Assembly (NCBI GenBank): GCA_051294905.1
Contig: CM119371.1
Location: 6,698,001-6,762,000, forward strand
Reading direction: 5' to 3'
Length of the DNA stretch: 64,000 bases
Origin: Botryllus schlosseri
Taxonomy: Eukaryota
In this document: positions 49,801 to 63,903 of the stretch, piece after piece
Numbering within the stretch: position 1 is the stretch's first letter
Layout of the letters: each line of letters starts with the position of its first letter
Notes under the pieces: generated by a model
What the model was told of the DNA's origin: nothing
Seen by the model: the letters and a program-made list of their open reading frames with translations, nothing else
The model's database searches: none
Made by a program: the position numbers and the translations under genes

Positions 49801-50688
49801 CCCGCTATGTCATCTCATCGACGGGCAATCAGTCGCCAAATTAGCCTTGAACTCGCATGGCTGACTTCTCCGTTATTCTCCACTGCTTCGAAACATCTTC
49901 CGATACGCCCTGATCTCCGCATTCTATATTATATAACCGTCCGCTATGCCTATTTCGCGGGGCCCCGAACTCCGCTTTCAGTATCCGTCCGCTATGTCAT
50001 CTCATCGACGGGCAATCAGTCGCCTTGAACTCGCATGGCTGACTTCTCCGTTATTCTCCACTGCTTCGAAACATCTTCCGATACGTCCCGATCTCCGCTT
50101 TCCTTGTATTATATATCCGCCCGCTATGTCATCTCATCGACGGGCAATCAGTCGCCAAATTAGCCTTGAACTCGCATGGCTGACTTCTCCGTTATTCTCC
50201 ACTGCTTCGAAACATCTTCCGATACGCCCTGATCTCCGCATTCTATATTATATAACCGTCCGCTATGTCTATTTCGCGGGGCCCCGAACTCCGCTTTCAG
50301 TATCCGTCCGCTATGTCATCTCATCGACGGGCAATCAGTCGCCAAATTGGCCTTGAACTTGCATGGCTGACTTCTCCGTTATTCTCCACTGCTTCGAAAT
50401 ATCTTCCGATACGCCCTGATCTCCGCTTTCTATATTATATAACCGTCCGCTATGTCCATTTCGCGGGGTCCCGAACTCCGCTTTCAGTATCCGTCCGCTA
50501 TGTCGCGCGTGTCTGTAAAGGTTAATGACCGAAAGCTCCGCTCTCCGCTTCCTCCGCTATCTCCGTCTTTTAGGAATCGGCATTTTTGGCTCTCTCCGCC
50601 GTCTCCGTTGCTTCCGCGTTTTAGGGTCCGTTCTCCGCTGCCTCCGCTGTCTCCGCTGCCTCCGCTTCTCCGTCTTTTAGGGATGCCC
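46827..50688. mobile_element. MULE/Foldback-like element: long inverted arms made of ~187-bp tandem units around a non-coding spacer
   Basis: Termini gggcatccctaaaagacggagaagcg / cgcttctccgtcttttagggatgccc; perfect 9-bp TSD tttatcgac (46818-46826, 50689-50697). Confidence 0.88.
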
Positions 50689-52706
50689 TTTATCGACACC
50701 GATTACCTGACAGTGTTGGGATGACTCGAGTCATGACTTGACTCGAGTCATCTTTTCGTATGACGACTCGAGTCACTTTGGAATAATGACTTGACTTGAC
50801 TTCACTCGGAGCTTCAAAAATGTGTATTGTGCATTGACTCGTGACTTGGAGCAAAATTTACGAGTCACTTCAAGCCACCAAGTAAACGGTGTCGAATAAA
50901 TCACTGTATCTAGTGTATGTTCGGATTGTACAAGATACGCCGGTGTCCCTTGTGAGAGCAACCAGTCATTCACTGATTGTACGTTACACTGATCCTCCGT
51001 TGTTATATCACAAAAAAATTGACCGCAAACTAAACGATCAAAGCTTAAGCTGTCAAAGTAGTAGTAGAAGATTAAACTAAATAGCAATGTGTCTCTGTTT
51101 CTTAGACGGCTCAACGCCTAGGCCTACGTTGCGCAGTGCTCACATTTACCAACCCTCTTGTATGATTTAAATCGAACAAATATAGTTTGTGCGTTTATAT
51201 CCTCACGGATGTGCAGATGGGTAGTGTAGGCTATTGCACCATATCAATTTGTTTAAACTTCTCAAAGCTTCGTATTAGGTCCTATATTTTGGCTGATAAC
51301 ACTGGTCAAACCTATTTTGTTGACTTTGATCAGACAATTGATTTTGACTAACTTTTGAGTGTTGAATTTAAAAATGACTTGACTTCCGTTTTTCTCTATT
51401 ACGTCAATTTTTAGGGTTAGGCACCCACCACATTGTCTCATAACCCACATAATAGCACTATTTTTATTGCTTTATGTTTATTTTATAAAACGTTTCAAAA
51501 ATCACAAGCAGTCGAAAGTCAATCAATAGACTCCAAATACACATTTACACTGCTTTACTTGGTTTATTTAAATTAAAGCACGATTTTCAGGGTCCAAATT
51601 TACGCTAATAACCTATAATTATACAGGTTGTCTAGTATGATACTCGAGAACAATGATCAAAGTTCCAATCTACTCTGGTATCTTACCCCAATCATCTTCA
51701 GATGTCGAGGGACATTTTCTCCTTGCCCATCTCTTGCTATGTCAAGGTTTTTAGGGAAATTATTTATATATTTTAGCTTCTAGAATGTCTGCTGTCAGAC
51801 ATAAAGATATGGCAGTGACACATATGTACCAGGGTTACATGTGCAACGCATTCTTATTGTCTGACCAATGGAAAACACAATATTTCAAAGCTTACACATA
51901 TGATCCAATCGTGCAATAATTCAATGCTTCTGTATTATTCACAAAGACCAACTGAGTGTACAATTGTTAGCCTGCTGCACTCAAGTCCTTGCCATTTTGG
52001 AGAATGACACACTTTAGGATCCTTTTTGAGCTACCTATTGGCATTTTCCATTGACTGACATGTAAATCGGGATTCCTAACTCATCCAGCATTCAATGGTA
52101 ACAGTATCATGCCAATGCCAATATCACGGCAATACACAAAGCTACCGAAAGTAGGCGTACGAAGAAAAGGCTGTTTCTCCTGATCGAAATTCAGATACCT
52201 TCTCTACCTTGCCAAGTAATCTTATATCACTTCATAAAGATGTTAAAAGTTCCGGAGGTTCTATTGCAAGTCCCAAAGCCTATGTCAGATCAATAACTCG
52301 TATTGATGGACTACTCTACGTTCTGAATCTACGTTCTGGCCTGCTATCCGTAATATCTTCATCTTGATCCAAATTATCGCACGTAAAAGAGTTTGAGGTT
52401 ACGCTGGATAAGCTGAATGGGGCATTGGACCTATAGCTGATAGTAGCCTAGATGTCATGTTTATTTTTCTTGCAATATCCTACAGTTTGCATCAAATATG
52501 TATGTGATATATCATCGGATGATTGCATCCTCTAACCAAAAATGGGTGAAAGCATCGGCCTTGATCGATACCAGTACCTTTTACTTACATAATTCAATCA
52601 AGCCCTTGACTGCATAACTTATTATGGTAAAAGTGTGGATTTTTATGTATGGAAAAGTAATATGGCTAAATTCGTGAAAATTTACATATTTTGGGCATAT
52701 GTCGTA

Positions 52707-55263
52707 CAGGGATATCTAGACTACGGGATTGATAACTAGTCTCGTGACCGAGTACTGAGTTGACGGAATGAGGGCATTCTTGTCAAACAGGAGTTGAGGC
52801 GGAGCAGTGTCGTTGCGCTCGCAGTTCAGTTTGTGTTCGTTGTTATTCGTTAATACGGGGATATATACTCTTCGCCAGTCATCTACGAGATAAGTTAGGG
52901 ACATTGTACGTACATCGTAGTCAGCTGGCAACCTTCGCCTGTCTCAAAACCTTGTGCGAAGCGTCGATGGCGGGCGCGATTGGGCAGTACCGGTATTACT
53001 AATTAAAATTCTGGTTGCGGGTGTGCGTTCATCGTTAACAGCGTCGTTATTGGTGATATAAGATATGGAGTGAGCTAAGGATAAGTTTTTATAGTTTCAA
53101 TGTTGGAGCGGTACCGGTATTGGCTACTCAGGTCGTTCAGTAATCATGCGTGAGCAGTACCGGTAATAACTACTCGAGTCGTTCAGTTTTTCCATGCTGG
53201 ACAGTCATCGGTAATGGCTAGTGGCTACACATGTCATTACGTTTTACCATGCTGGTTCAGTACTGGTAGTGACTGGCGGATTTGTACTTGTTTGTTTTTT
53301 GTCTTGACATACGTAGCCTATATCTACTGACGCTATACCATATATAGACAGACAGACCTATAGGCGTACAGGGCTTTAGGCCTATAGGCCTACAGGATCA
53401 TAGGCCTACACGCCTATATCATGTAATTTCCATTTTAACACCATAAATTTCTAGAACTAACTATCCTAGGCTTGACTATATCTGACGCTGTGTGCCAAAT
53501 TACCGTACTTGATACAAACACAGAAAAAGTGCCACAGATGAAGGTTCAGTTTTACATAAGCGCCTGTTTGTTTTTCCAACAGAGTAAAATTTATGCGAAA
53601 AATGGATTAGAGTGATTCCACGCAAAGATTGGATAGTCACTATATACACCAGGGTGTGTGCAAAGCATTTCTCTCTTCATGGAAGATACCCGTGATACAA
53701 ACTGCACCCGCCGAAACAAGCATCAATTTCAGAAATTATCAAGATCGCGTTTGAAACCGGGTGTTGTTCCTCATATTTTCCCCGAATCTGTCGGAGTATT
53801 TGAGTGCATCGAACCCCAAATCTCGGAGTACCAAATCAAGTGCTTCTGCGAGACGTGATATGCAAAATTCTCTGATTGAGGGCCGTAACAAGCAAATATT
53901 TCTGCATGAAAAATTTGAAACATTAGCTTCTCTGAAGGAGATGATTCAGATTGAGACACTGCCATCCGGATATAGTTCTGTGTGCACCAATGATTCGCTG
54001 CAATTTCACTGGATAGAGCCATCAGAGAATGAATCGGATGAATCCTCCCACTGCTGGTCTTGAGGATATTTAGGAGTGTCGTGCGATGCCAAGACCAGCC
54101 ACATACGGATATAATATGAACTTCAAGAAGGCCTTCCCGTGTAAGCTGCTTGCAAATTGACAAAAGTATCTTTAAATCCTAGCGGTATTGCTCGGATGTC
54201 GCCTATACATTTTCCTGCATGAAGGAGCCTCTTGCAAATTCTCTGGATTCTTACAAACTGCGCATTATCTGGAATTCATTAAAAGTATATCGATTATCAT
54301 GTCAGTGAAAAGTCCTAATAAAGCTACCGGGAAGAGAAATCCATTCTACATGCCTTTACAAGAAATGGAAGGATGTGTCCACAACCTGCAGAAGATTATA
54401 AATGGATGGTGAGCTTTTTTGCCTATCTCCGCACCGCTGAATTTTATCACAATTGAAGAGGCCGGTGTCATATATTTTGTCGGTGGATACATTGGCCGAT
54501 CAATTTCTGCGTGACGAAAGTGCATGGATTGCAAAAAAATTGCTGATAACCAACCGTGATGTTCCGGATTTGGATTTATGCAACCCAGAAGAATACAAAA
54601 AATATTCAAAATGGCTGATTGAGTTGGACTTGCTGAGCCTACCGGGCTATGCTTTGTAATAACGGCGCTTGCTGTCAAATATTTCACCATCATAAGTGAT
54701 TCCATTCATCTTGCTGTCAAAACCAAAGATTTGTTTTCACGGAGGCAACTCACGAGGTGGTTCATTTGTTCAACCAAATGCGCCCTCTTTTGAATAACTG
54801 CTGTCAATCAGGTCATGCACACTGCAACTCCATGGTCCAGGCAGCTTTCAATTGCTTTGCAAAGAACGAACTCACGCGATTCAACAGCAAACCATCTCTA
54901 ATTGAGCCGCCAGCAAAGAAACTACGTTAAATGAGGACGCTTACGTCAAAGGTTTCCAAGGATTGACATGATCAGAATTGGTTGCATGTCCTGTAACAGT
55001 TTATCTTGTATTTCTAATCAATTAATTGCATGCCATTTCACGAGAATATTATAATAAAGAAAAGTATTTGTGACGTCATAGTCGTTATGACGTCATGGTC
55101 ATATGATGTCATCAACAATTTGCTATCTAACTTGAAGGAGTAATAGTGGGCAACAATAGGTAGTGGTAGTAGGTGTAAACAGCAGACCTCGGATAATTTG
55201 AGTTTTGCCCTCATCACGTAACAGGCAAAAAAGAGTTATCAATCCCTAGTCTAGATATCCCTG
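52707..55263 (+). mobile_element. P-element-superfamily transposon, internally deleted
   Basis: ~30-bp TIR cagggatatctagacta(c)gggattgataact; perfect 8-bp TSD atgtcgta; THAP transposase remnant inside. Confidence 0.88.
53489..54966 (+). pseudogene. THAP-domain P-element/THAP9-like transposase remnant
   Basis: CVPN..KWIRVIPRKDW..VCAKHF..LKPGVVPHIFP (THAP); C-terminal IYFVGGYIGR..CMDC; frameshifted, and most of the catalytic region appears absent. Confidence 0.8.
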
Positions 55264-56080
55264 ATGTCGTAGAGCAAAAAGTTCGTGTGATAAAAAAAAA
55301 CAGTGGCATTTTGGGAATAAGCAAGCCAAAATTAGCCTACATCAAGTGCAAAATCAAAGTCGACAAATTTTTCATTCAAAATTATTGCCAAGTGTAATCA
55401 AAATCAACATATTTTTCGTTCAAAATTATTGCCCAGTGTAATAACTGACTGTATCCTGGAGCTGTACAGTTACTCACGTATTTCATTAGCAGTTCCACGT
55501 TGACGTGAGGGATACAACGTCTTTTTGCACTATAGATATTTGTTATTTGATTCAAGATAAATGATCAATTTCTCACAGCTAGCAAAATGCAATGACTTTG
55601 AATCATCAATTATACTTTGAGAATTAAATTTGACACGAATTGAGACTTGACTTAATTCGAGTGACCTCCAAAAAATGAACGTCTTGGCTCGAGTCACCTT
55701 CGAAAATCGATTGACTTGACTCGAGTCAACATCTGCAATGACGTGAGGTGTCTTGATCCCAACACTGTTACTTCTTACTTGATGACTTGAAATTGACAAG
55801 TCTTTTACCAAAGTGACTTGAGTCAAGTCACGTAATACGAAAAACTTGAGTCATCCCAACAGTGGTCTGCACTAAATCTAGTATAAAAACACCTGAAGTG
55901 TCACCTCTGAATCTGACTAATCTCAACTTTCAACTGTTGCTAAGGCAACTGCTTATGTTTACATGTCTCGCGGACAGTAGGTGTCGCTATAACAAAAATT
56001 TCGATTATATTCAGATGGAACGCTCCAATCTCCATGCCAGGGCCAGCGAGGAGCGACGCTGTAAATTGCTATGGTTTGGC

Positions 56081-56647
56081 CATAGTGTCCTATATGGTGT
56101 GGACACATCGAGAGTGAATGACTCGCTGCATTTTGGTTACGTCATACTTTTTATTTGACCAAAGACAACTTACGGCCATTTTTGACCGGCTTTCCGAGCG
56201 TCAAATTCAATAAAACGGGTACAATTGAAAGCTGCTTCTATACAGATTACGAAAATATAAATATGATTCTGTTCAGGGTCCTGGAACCCCTGAAATGAGC
56301 CTAGAAATTTGCATTGCTATCGAGTTTTGTCATTGTCACGCAACAGGACTATCTGGCTCTTCACTCTCGTTTTGCGAGACAGGATTGTGCGTCACGATGC
56401 CAAAACTCGATCAGAATGCAAATTACTTCGCTGATTTTGAGGGGTTCGTGGACCATGAACAGAATAATATTTATATTTTCGTAATCAGTACAGCAGCAGC
56501 TTTCCGTTTTACCGAATTTAGCGCTCGGCAAGCCGGTCATAAATGGCCGTAAAGTTGCCTTTGGTCAAATGCAAAGTACGACGTAACCCAAATGCAGAGA
56601 GCAGTTCACTCTCGCTGTGTCGACTCTACACCATATAGGACACTATG
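56081..56647. mobile_element. Fully palindromic MITE with catag...ctatg termini
   Basis: catagtgtcctatatggtgt / acaccatataggacactatg; arms stay complementary for ~240 bp; imperfect 7-bp flank repeat gtttggc/gtttgat. Confidence 0.7.
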
Positions 56648-59600
56648 GTTTGATTGTTGCGGTCGCTGAAATGCCTTCACGAATCTATGCAAGCTGTCTT
56701 CCCGTCAACTGACAGCGCCGCAAAGTCCTATAAGTTCCCCGATGCAAATATACGCGATCTTGAAGCACGGTAGGAACAGTTTATTGCTTGAAGTTCCAAT
56801 AGATCGAATTTCCTTATATCCATATTATAATACGACACAGCACTAGCACGAATAAGCCCAATTATGTCTGATTCATTCCGTAGAAAATGATAAGAATTTA
56901 CTCTCACGCAGCTGTAAGCAACAGATAGGACAGGAGCAGAGAGACATTGAATTTCAAGCCTAACCTGAACACAGTCACGTCTTAAATTTAGTGTTGATAT
57001 ATTTACAGAAACCTGCTCCTCCAAAGCCTCAGGTCCAGCAAACAACAACTCAATATTATTCAAAACACTGAGGCAAAGTGAAGATGTCAAACTAACCGTA
57101 GTAACTAGAAAGCGAAAGAGTCAAAACTTCTGTACATGGTAAATATTAGAATGTGCAACCTAAATGACATATTTTTCTAAGTCAAGAGAGTGTATTTTGG
57201 CTTTGGCAATATTCAAGGTTAACATATCTGCAAAAAGCAGTGGTTGTTGTCCTTTTCATAGCCCGGGCCCAATCTCCATTTTGCAAATATGCCATGACCC
57301 ATTACTTGGTCTCGGTCTTCTCTTAAGCGGCGGTAATACGGCAGGTTTAGGCCTAGCAGTTCATATCCAATCATAGTTCGTTCTCATGAGCACGAGAATG
57401 GTAAATGTATGTATCGCAGGCTTGGCTCGTATTGAACTACACTGTTCTTCTATAACGAAATCCAACCAGTTGTCCATGTCCAAGCCTGTCTGGACCGTAT
57501 CTGTCTTTTTGGGAGAATTGTTTGATTTGGGGGTCCGACTTGGACTTGGGCCTGCAGTGCGCTTCACCCGCTCACTAGGTGTCGACAAAGTGATGAGTTC
57601 TCCCTCGACAGATTTAAAATTTTGTCGGTGTCTGATTCCGTCGACGTCACAACCTGCGACCAAAGGAGGGGGTTGTGCGTTTGAATTTTACAAATTCTTC
57701 GTTTGATTGAGCCGCCGCATCCTTACTCGCTTTGGAACTTCGCGCAGGACTGGGCCGGTTCACGTCCTACTCGCTCTGCAAAAATAGTAGGGGGTCAGTC
57801 AATAGTCAATACTAGCATTGGAATCCCGGAATTTTAAGGTATATATCTGATAGCGATTCTGGGATCAACTCTATTGAAATCCCGGGATTTAAAAAAAGCA
57901 TCTACGAGACCTGACACTACTTCCACTTACAGTTTTTTCCGGCAAAACTAGGCCTAAAATACCTTACTTTTACTTACTCGGAAATTTCTACTTCTATTTG
58001 TACTTGAGTAGAAATTTACGACCTTAGTTATCCTTCAATTTCAGTAGCAACAATGAATACTTTGTTCTTATCCTGAAACAGCGATATGCAATGACCTCCC
58101 ACCCCAACCATCACCTGCATTTGTCACCCACCTTTTTACATCGGGATCAACTGACTTATCCTGTAGGCATCCGAACCAACGGTGGGTCTTGGGAAACTTT
58201 CTTGCGGTTCACTCCCAGCTAGTGGGCCGACCTTTTATCAATTGGGTGCCGTACTGGAAATCCTTCCCGAGCAAGGGTGACACTGGAATCAAAGAGCGGC
58301 AAAGCTAAGCAAATTGCGACACTGACTCGATTACAATCATAATTGTAAATGCACAGCGTTTCCTAAATTACATTATAAGTAGAAGTTTATAAAAATTAGC
58401 CTGTTTCGTGGTTCCATTCAAGCGATACAGTTCTCCTAGATTCTTTTCAGGAAAGCCAGAAAATAGATATGTTATAAAATCGGAGCATAGACATATTTCA
58501 CAAATCAGATAAGCATTTCACAACTAGAATTATCTAGTCGTCCAAGTCTGCACAGTGGTGGTCACCAACAATGTACTTGTACTTTTTCCAAGTAATCGAG
58601 TAGTTCCTCACTACTGGTAGCACCTACTAGAGTAAGTAAAAGTTGTTACTTTTACTTGTACTCTGTCATATTTCGTAACTTGACTACTTTCCACTACTAT
58701 TTCCAGTTTGTCAAGCCGAAGTGTTATGTTCTTCTGATAAGAGAGATAGAGCGACCAAGGCGGAGAAACTCATGGGCTGCTTTTGCAAAGAGTCCAGACT
58801 TTTTGTAGTGCTTTGCGCGAATATGTAGAGTGACCAATATCTTTCCACTAAACCAGGGGTGGCAAACAGTTTCGGCCAGAGGGCCACAAACGATCTACGA
58901 GCCTTTGTGCGGGCCACTTGAATATTGGTGACCTTTTTAGTCGTCCGATAAGAGTGAACCGGACTAGGTAACGGTGAAAACAAGACTTATCTTACTATGC
59001 ATCAAAATCGATAACTTCATGAAAGCTCCTAGCCGCGGTTTGGAATCATACAACCTGCCGCACAGTTCAGTTTCCTTCCTAATAGCGCAAAACATCAAGG
59101 TAGTGTCCGGGCAGAACTTATCCACATCGGTCATTGTTTTGTTACCTACAGGCATTGCAATATGACTTAGGGCATCATACCATCACATTTTCTGAAAGTA
59201 GGCACTGGGGTAAAAAAGAGGTCAAGAGCCACTGTTCTTATGCGATGGCGTCATTTGTAGGCTATCACATGATACATTTGAATCCTGACGCAGTCAAAAT
59301 AGATGTATCTCCTGGGATGTAGCAACACAAATCCAGCTCTCTGCACAGTCCGCATATGTCAGTTTCCAGGTTACGAGAGTGTATTTATGACTGATTTTCA
59401 AATCTACGTACATAATTCTGTAGTTTTCAAATACAGCAAATTCTACTTCTACCTTAAATTAGCTACTTTTGGAACAGCAACATTATTACTCATACTTGAA
59501 TGAAATATGCATCTTTACTTCTACTTGAGTAGCCTTCTTGACTACTTTGGCAGCTTCTGATCCTGCATGCGGGATAGGCTTGTTCAGAAATAACTCTAAA

Positions 59601-61232
59601 ATTCCGGGGATTCACTGGTCAAATTGTAAGGTTGCCTAAAAAAGAGGCTGCACAACAAATTCGGCTCAATTCTAACAAGCCAAAGCCGCTAAAGAGCGAA
59701 TAGAAGTTTTTGAATTGATTTAAAAAAAATTCTACTGTCAACCCAAGGAAATTGATTTGCCTAAAAGAATGATGCATAACATTTTTGATCACTTCCAGCC
59801 GGTAGAAGCGAATTCATTGCAATTGAAAGTTTTGGAATTGCATAAATAGCATTGATGTTGGGTAATCTCAGAATTATTGATAAACAACTTAAATAACTTA
59901 GCTTCTACTGGTAGGAATTGCGCCAAATTTTGTGTGCAGCATTTTTTTACGCAGCCTAACATTTCAATCAGTGAATCCCCTTCCCCGGGATACGGAAAAA
60001 GATTATTTTTGGATAACCCTAAAGCATGCAATCGCGTATAGGTATTTTTTGTGACTATTTCGCGACAACTTAACAGATTTTATCCCCTCCGAATTTACTG
60101 AAAATCAGAGAGCCATATTTAGTGCATGAATTCTTTGTCCGCTCAGAATGAGCTGGATGTAGGAGTCTGCAGGGTGTAAATTGTAAATATATGGTGCGCT
60201 GATGTTAAGGAAAATAACATGTCGATAAGAAAATCTATGGGATTCCACTTGATTCAATTACAATGAAATTGTCTACATTGTGGACAGAATGTTTGGTATA
60301 TACTTCCACATTGTCACCAATTCTGGACATGTCACAAAATTACAGAGAAACTCACCTGTTGCCATCATTCCTGGAAATCTTAATGTCGTGATCTTGCCTT
60401 TTAGCCGGTGACAAAGCCTGAAAGAAAATGTCATAATTACACAGCCGAAAAATAGACTTGAACAGTAAATTAAACAGTGGTTTCAGCAGCCACCTTGAAC
60501 TGCATAGAGCACAAAAATGCTTTCATTTAGTGCAGAAAATATGTAAGCGTCCACAGGGAAATGGTTCACTTTGGTTTATCCATTCCATCTTTACGACATT
60601 ACAGAAACGTAGCAGTACATGTTTTTACAATTTAGGTAGATTTGGTTGTTCATTAAACTCTGGCCTGTGCCCAATGTCACATCAAAGGTATAATCAAGTA
60701 CCCGGTATCTCATAAAAGAGTTTAAAGACGATTGCCTCTAATGAACATAGAGGCATGCATGGATGCTTGCTTCTCAACGGGATTTCAAGAACATGCAGCA
60801 CAGTTGTTAGCCATACCTCGATTGTTCTACTAGCAGTCATGCGTGGTTCAATCACTTCCTGTAAAACGGATTGGTAGCTTCAGCGTGGTAGCAAATGGAA
60901 AACTGATAACCTCCGGCTATGAGCTGGTAGCTGCAATGCGAATAGAATGTCGATGTACTTACTAAATGTGGCTTGAAAATATAGCCAGATAAAACTCACC
61001 TTGAATGACAATTGGTAAATTGCTTGAAACACGCAACTTGGTTACTTCTGATCGAAAGAAAATCCTTGCCTGTGATGATAAAGAAAGGATACATCGTGTT
61101 GGAAACGATTCAAATTCGACCTTTACGGTCACCCAATGTGTTGAGGCTTGTTGTCACAGATAGATATAAGATCGTTACTTGTGGTTGCGTTGAGTTTATT
61201 GGTAATAATTTAATCATTTCAAAATTCTATAG

Positions 61233-62549
61233 CAGGGGTGGGCAATTATTTTCCTCCGTGGGCCAAATGAGAAGTAGAAAACACGTTGGCGGGCCGAGTG
61301 AAAAATTTGAGCTAAATTCTCGAGCGTATTTTAATTTTATTTCTAAATTGCATTGTTAGAAAATGCTGCTCAGTGAATGTGTTGGTAATGAGAAATTGAC
61401 GGTTAATTAAAAAATATCTATTCGCCGTCATAATCGGTAACAATGTTAAACATGATACTTAGTTAACTCTCATTAAACCCCTATCCACGTTCTGCTATTA
61501 AAACTCTAAAACCGTGGTTCTCAAGCTTTTTTAGGCACGCTTTCCTTTATGATAGTGAAAAATTTCCCGCCCGCCTTATCATGATATTTCAAAATTATAA
61601 AGAGAGTAACCAGAATGCTAGCAATCCCAATGGATAGTTTGATGGCATGGAAGGTACTAGCTGTTGGTGAGAGAATTCTGAAATATAAAAGTCAGAGAAT
61701 ACACAGAGCATAAACGATATGCTGGGGTGCTGCGGGTGAATCACGCCAAGCGCGAAATTTTTTTTCGGTGAACTTTGGCGTCGAGCCACCATTCAGATGC
61801 TTTAACGCCCCCCAGTTTGAGAACCACTGCACTGAAATGTATATAACAAAGCTTGTTTTCTTGTTCGCTACCTTTTGAGCAGTGTGCAGCTTAAAAGCCT
61901 CTACGTTGCGCGAAGCTTGCAGTTTTTCTGAACTGTGCCCTCCCTTGACCACACGTTTCGTGTTTTTGTCATAAGACCAACTCTAATTAATATCCTTATC
62001 TCGGCAACATGCTCCGCAAAAACTAAAAGGACGAGTTTACCCCTGAATCCAGTATACAAATATTTAGTGCTCTAGTCTAAACCTAAACCTTTTTTGTTTT
62101 TTTTTGGCATGCACATTAATAATTGATGGGTGATAAATATGATGAATCACATAGTAATCGCAAGCACTGATTGACTTATTTTACAAAACGTATCAATCCG
62201 AAACACATGCCGTATAATGCGTAATGTGACATTGTCACAGTGACAATGGCAACAAAGAAGGTTTGAACTAAACTATATGGAAAGTGTAACTTCTTGCGAC
62301 TTCAACTGCTAGTCATAGGCTACTTTGCCACTTTGCCTTTATTTTGAATATGGATAACGCATGTGAGGCGCGTAGGCAATGTAATCGTGGCATATTAATG
62401 AACAGGCTCCAAAGTAAACCAATTTCCTGTTCATTTGATACATCCTACGATTTTAGTCCTTCAAAAAGCAAGTTTTATATTTCGAATTCCAAGCAACCTG
62501 TCGCGGGACGCACAGAATAGCTTTGCGGGCCGCACTTTGACCAGATCTG
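61233..62549. mobile_element. hAT MITE with nested small hAT MITE (61512-61829)
   Basis: caggggtgggcaa / ttgaccagatctg; TSD ttctatag. Confidence 0.75.
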
Positions 62550-62851
62550 TTCTATAGCATTGATGGCAAATAATCAAATGCTAAATTATTGATTTTGTAA
62601 ATGAATAAATTCAGAATTACTCACTTTTATCTCCTGGACGGAATTGTCAGACATTGATGCATGTCAGATTCCAACTGATTGATATCGGCTGAGATTACCA
62701 TGCAAACTTATTTTATCACCAAAGCCATTTCCCATCCGACAACCAGACTATTAAACGATATGTTATCCGATATGATGATATTCTGATTGCAATCCACTAT
62801 AACAAAATGAAGAGTGGTTATGAAAAGTAAAATCAATGAATCTATATACAC

Positions 62852-63903
62852 CAGTGGTTCTCAACCGACGGTCCGCCAGGTATATAATAACTTTATAAAG
62901 TATTTTTTAAATTTCGTTCAATGCGATTTGGCGTCACTAATTGTCTTGATTATTGGGTGCCCTTCCTCCAAGAAATACCCATGACATATTGCAATAGGCA
63001 TTCTGGTTTCAATCATTTCCGCGCCACGACGCACCATCCCATAATGAAGTTTAGGCTAACATAGGACTCTGAAAAGAGTGCCGAAAATTCGGCAGCGAGA
63101 AAACCTTGGCTGAAAAGGATTAGCCTTTGTTGACCGAAAACATCGATACATATATATTGTCCATATGTGCTTAAACGGCTGTCACCGAATCTCACTGTCC
63201 TGGCCATCTGTACCTCACAGGACAAATGCCATCCCACAGAGAATAAAATTGTTTGCCAGCGAGCAAATACCACTTTGGAATGATAATTCTGAGATAATAA
63301 AAAATTGATATCAATATGTATGCAATTACCAATACCTACACTGAGTAGAATGAATGCGCTCGCAAGTACTTGGGAAAACATCCATCCAACTGTGGGGAGG
63401 CCGTTTTTGGGGTGTGGGCTGACAAAGTGCTTTTTATGCGCTGATTTTGTGGATGATAAGGTACGGTATAGCTGTTATCATGAAGGTGTTTTCATGCCGC
63501 ATTTTTTATTCGTAGTAGCCAGAATATCCTACGTTTTGTCGCAGAGAGCAATCGCCAAGGTGGCACGACACGGTGCTTAGTTCTATTCCAAAACGCTTCA
63601 TCTCTCGATATTGTCGAAGAGAAGAATATTATTCGTGTTGGCGTAGTCAGTTAAATTTGCGGCCTTCGGCACGAAAGACTGTAAAGGACTCTCGCCAGTG
63701 GACTCAGCAGACTCACTGCGGTAAATATGCATGGATACCATCATGAACATAGTTAATTATGATTAAAAACCTCATAATGTCACTCTCTAGCACCAGGTAT
63801 TTGCAAAAAACGGTTGCACACTTTACATTTTTAGTCCACCGGTCCGCCAAATATTTTTTGAAATTATACCAGTCCGCGAGGTGAAAAAGGTTGAGAACCA
63901 CTG
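62852..63903 (+). mobile_element. Third copy of the ggtccgc hAT MITE
   Basis: cagtggttctcaacc / ggttgagaaccactg; TSD atatacac. Confidence 0.85.

Larger units (their letters stand above)
51300..55438 (-). mobile_element. Chapaev3-like transposon relic (hosts the P element)
   Basis: cactgg...ccagtg termini, 3-bp taa TSD; minus-strand remnants ~52320-51960 LGLAIEPPELL, FVYCRDI, QWKMPIGSSKRILKCVILQNG resemble the Chapaev motif WRLFIDSSKRSLKCVLLHNG. Confidence 0.7.
50711..55767 (-). mobile_element. Inverted gagtcaagtca-family MITE hosting Chapaev3 and P relics, itself inside an older copy (~46680-55864)
   Basis: cagtgttgggatgactcgag at 50711 and cttgatcccaacactg at 55767; outer copy resumes gattac/ttacttgatgacttgaaattgac. 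Confidence 0.7.

Noticed and set aside
46990..50724. Many repeated ORFs (MSSHRRAISRQIGLELAWLTSPLF...)
   Set aside because: Translations of the 187-bp tandem unit on both strands; no domain signal, and the frame shifts with each unit.
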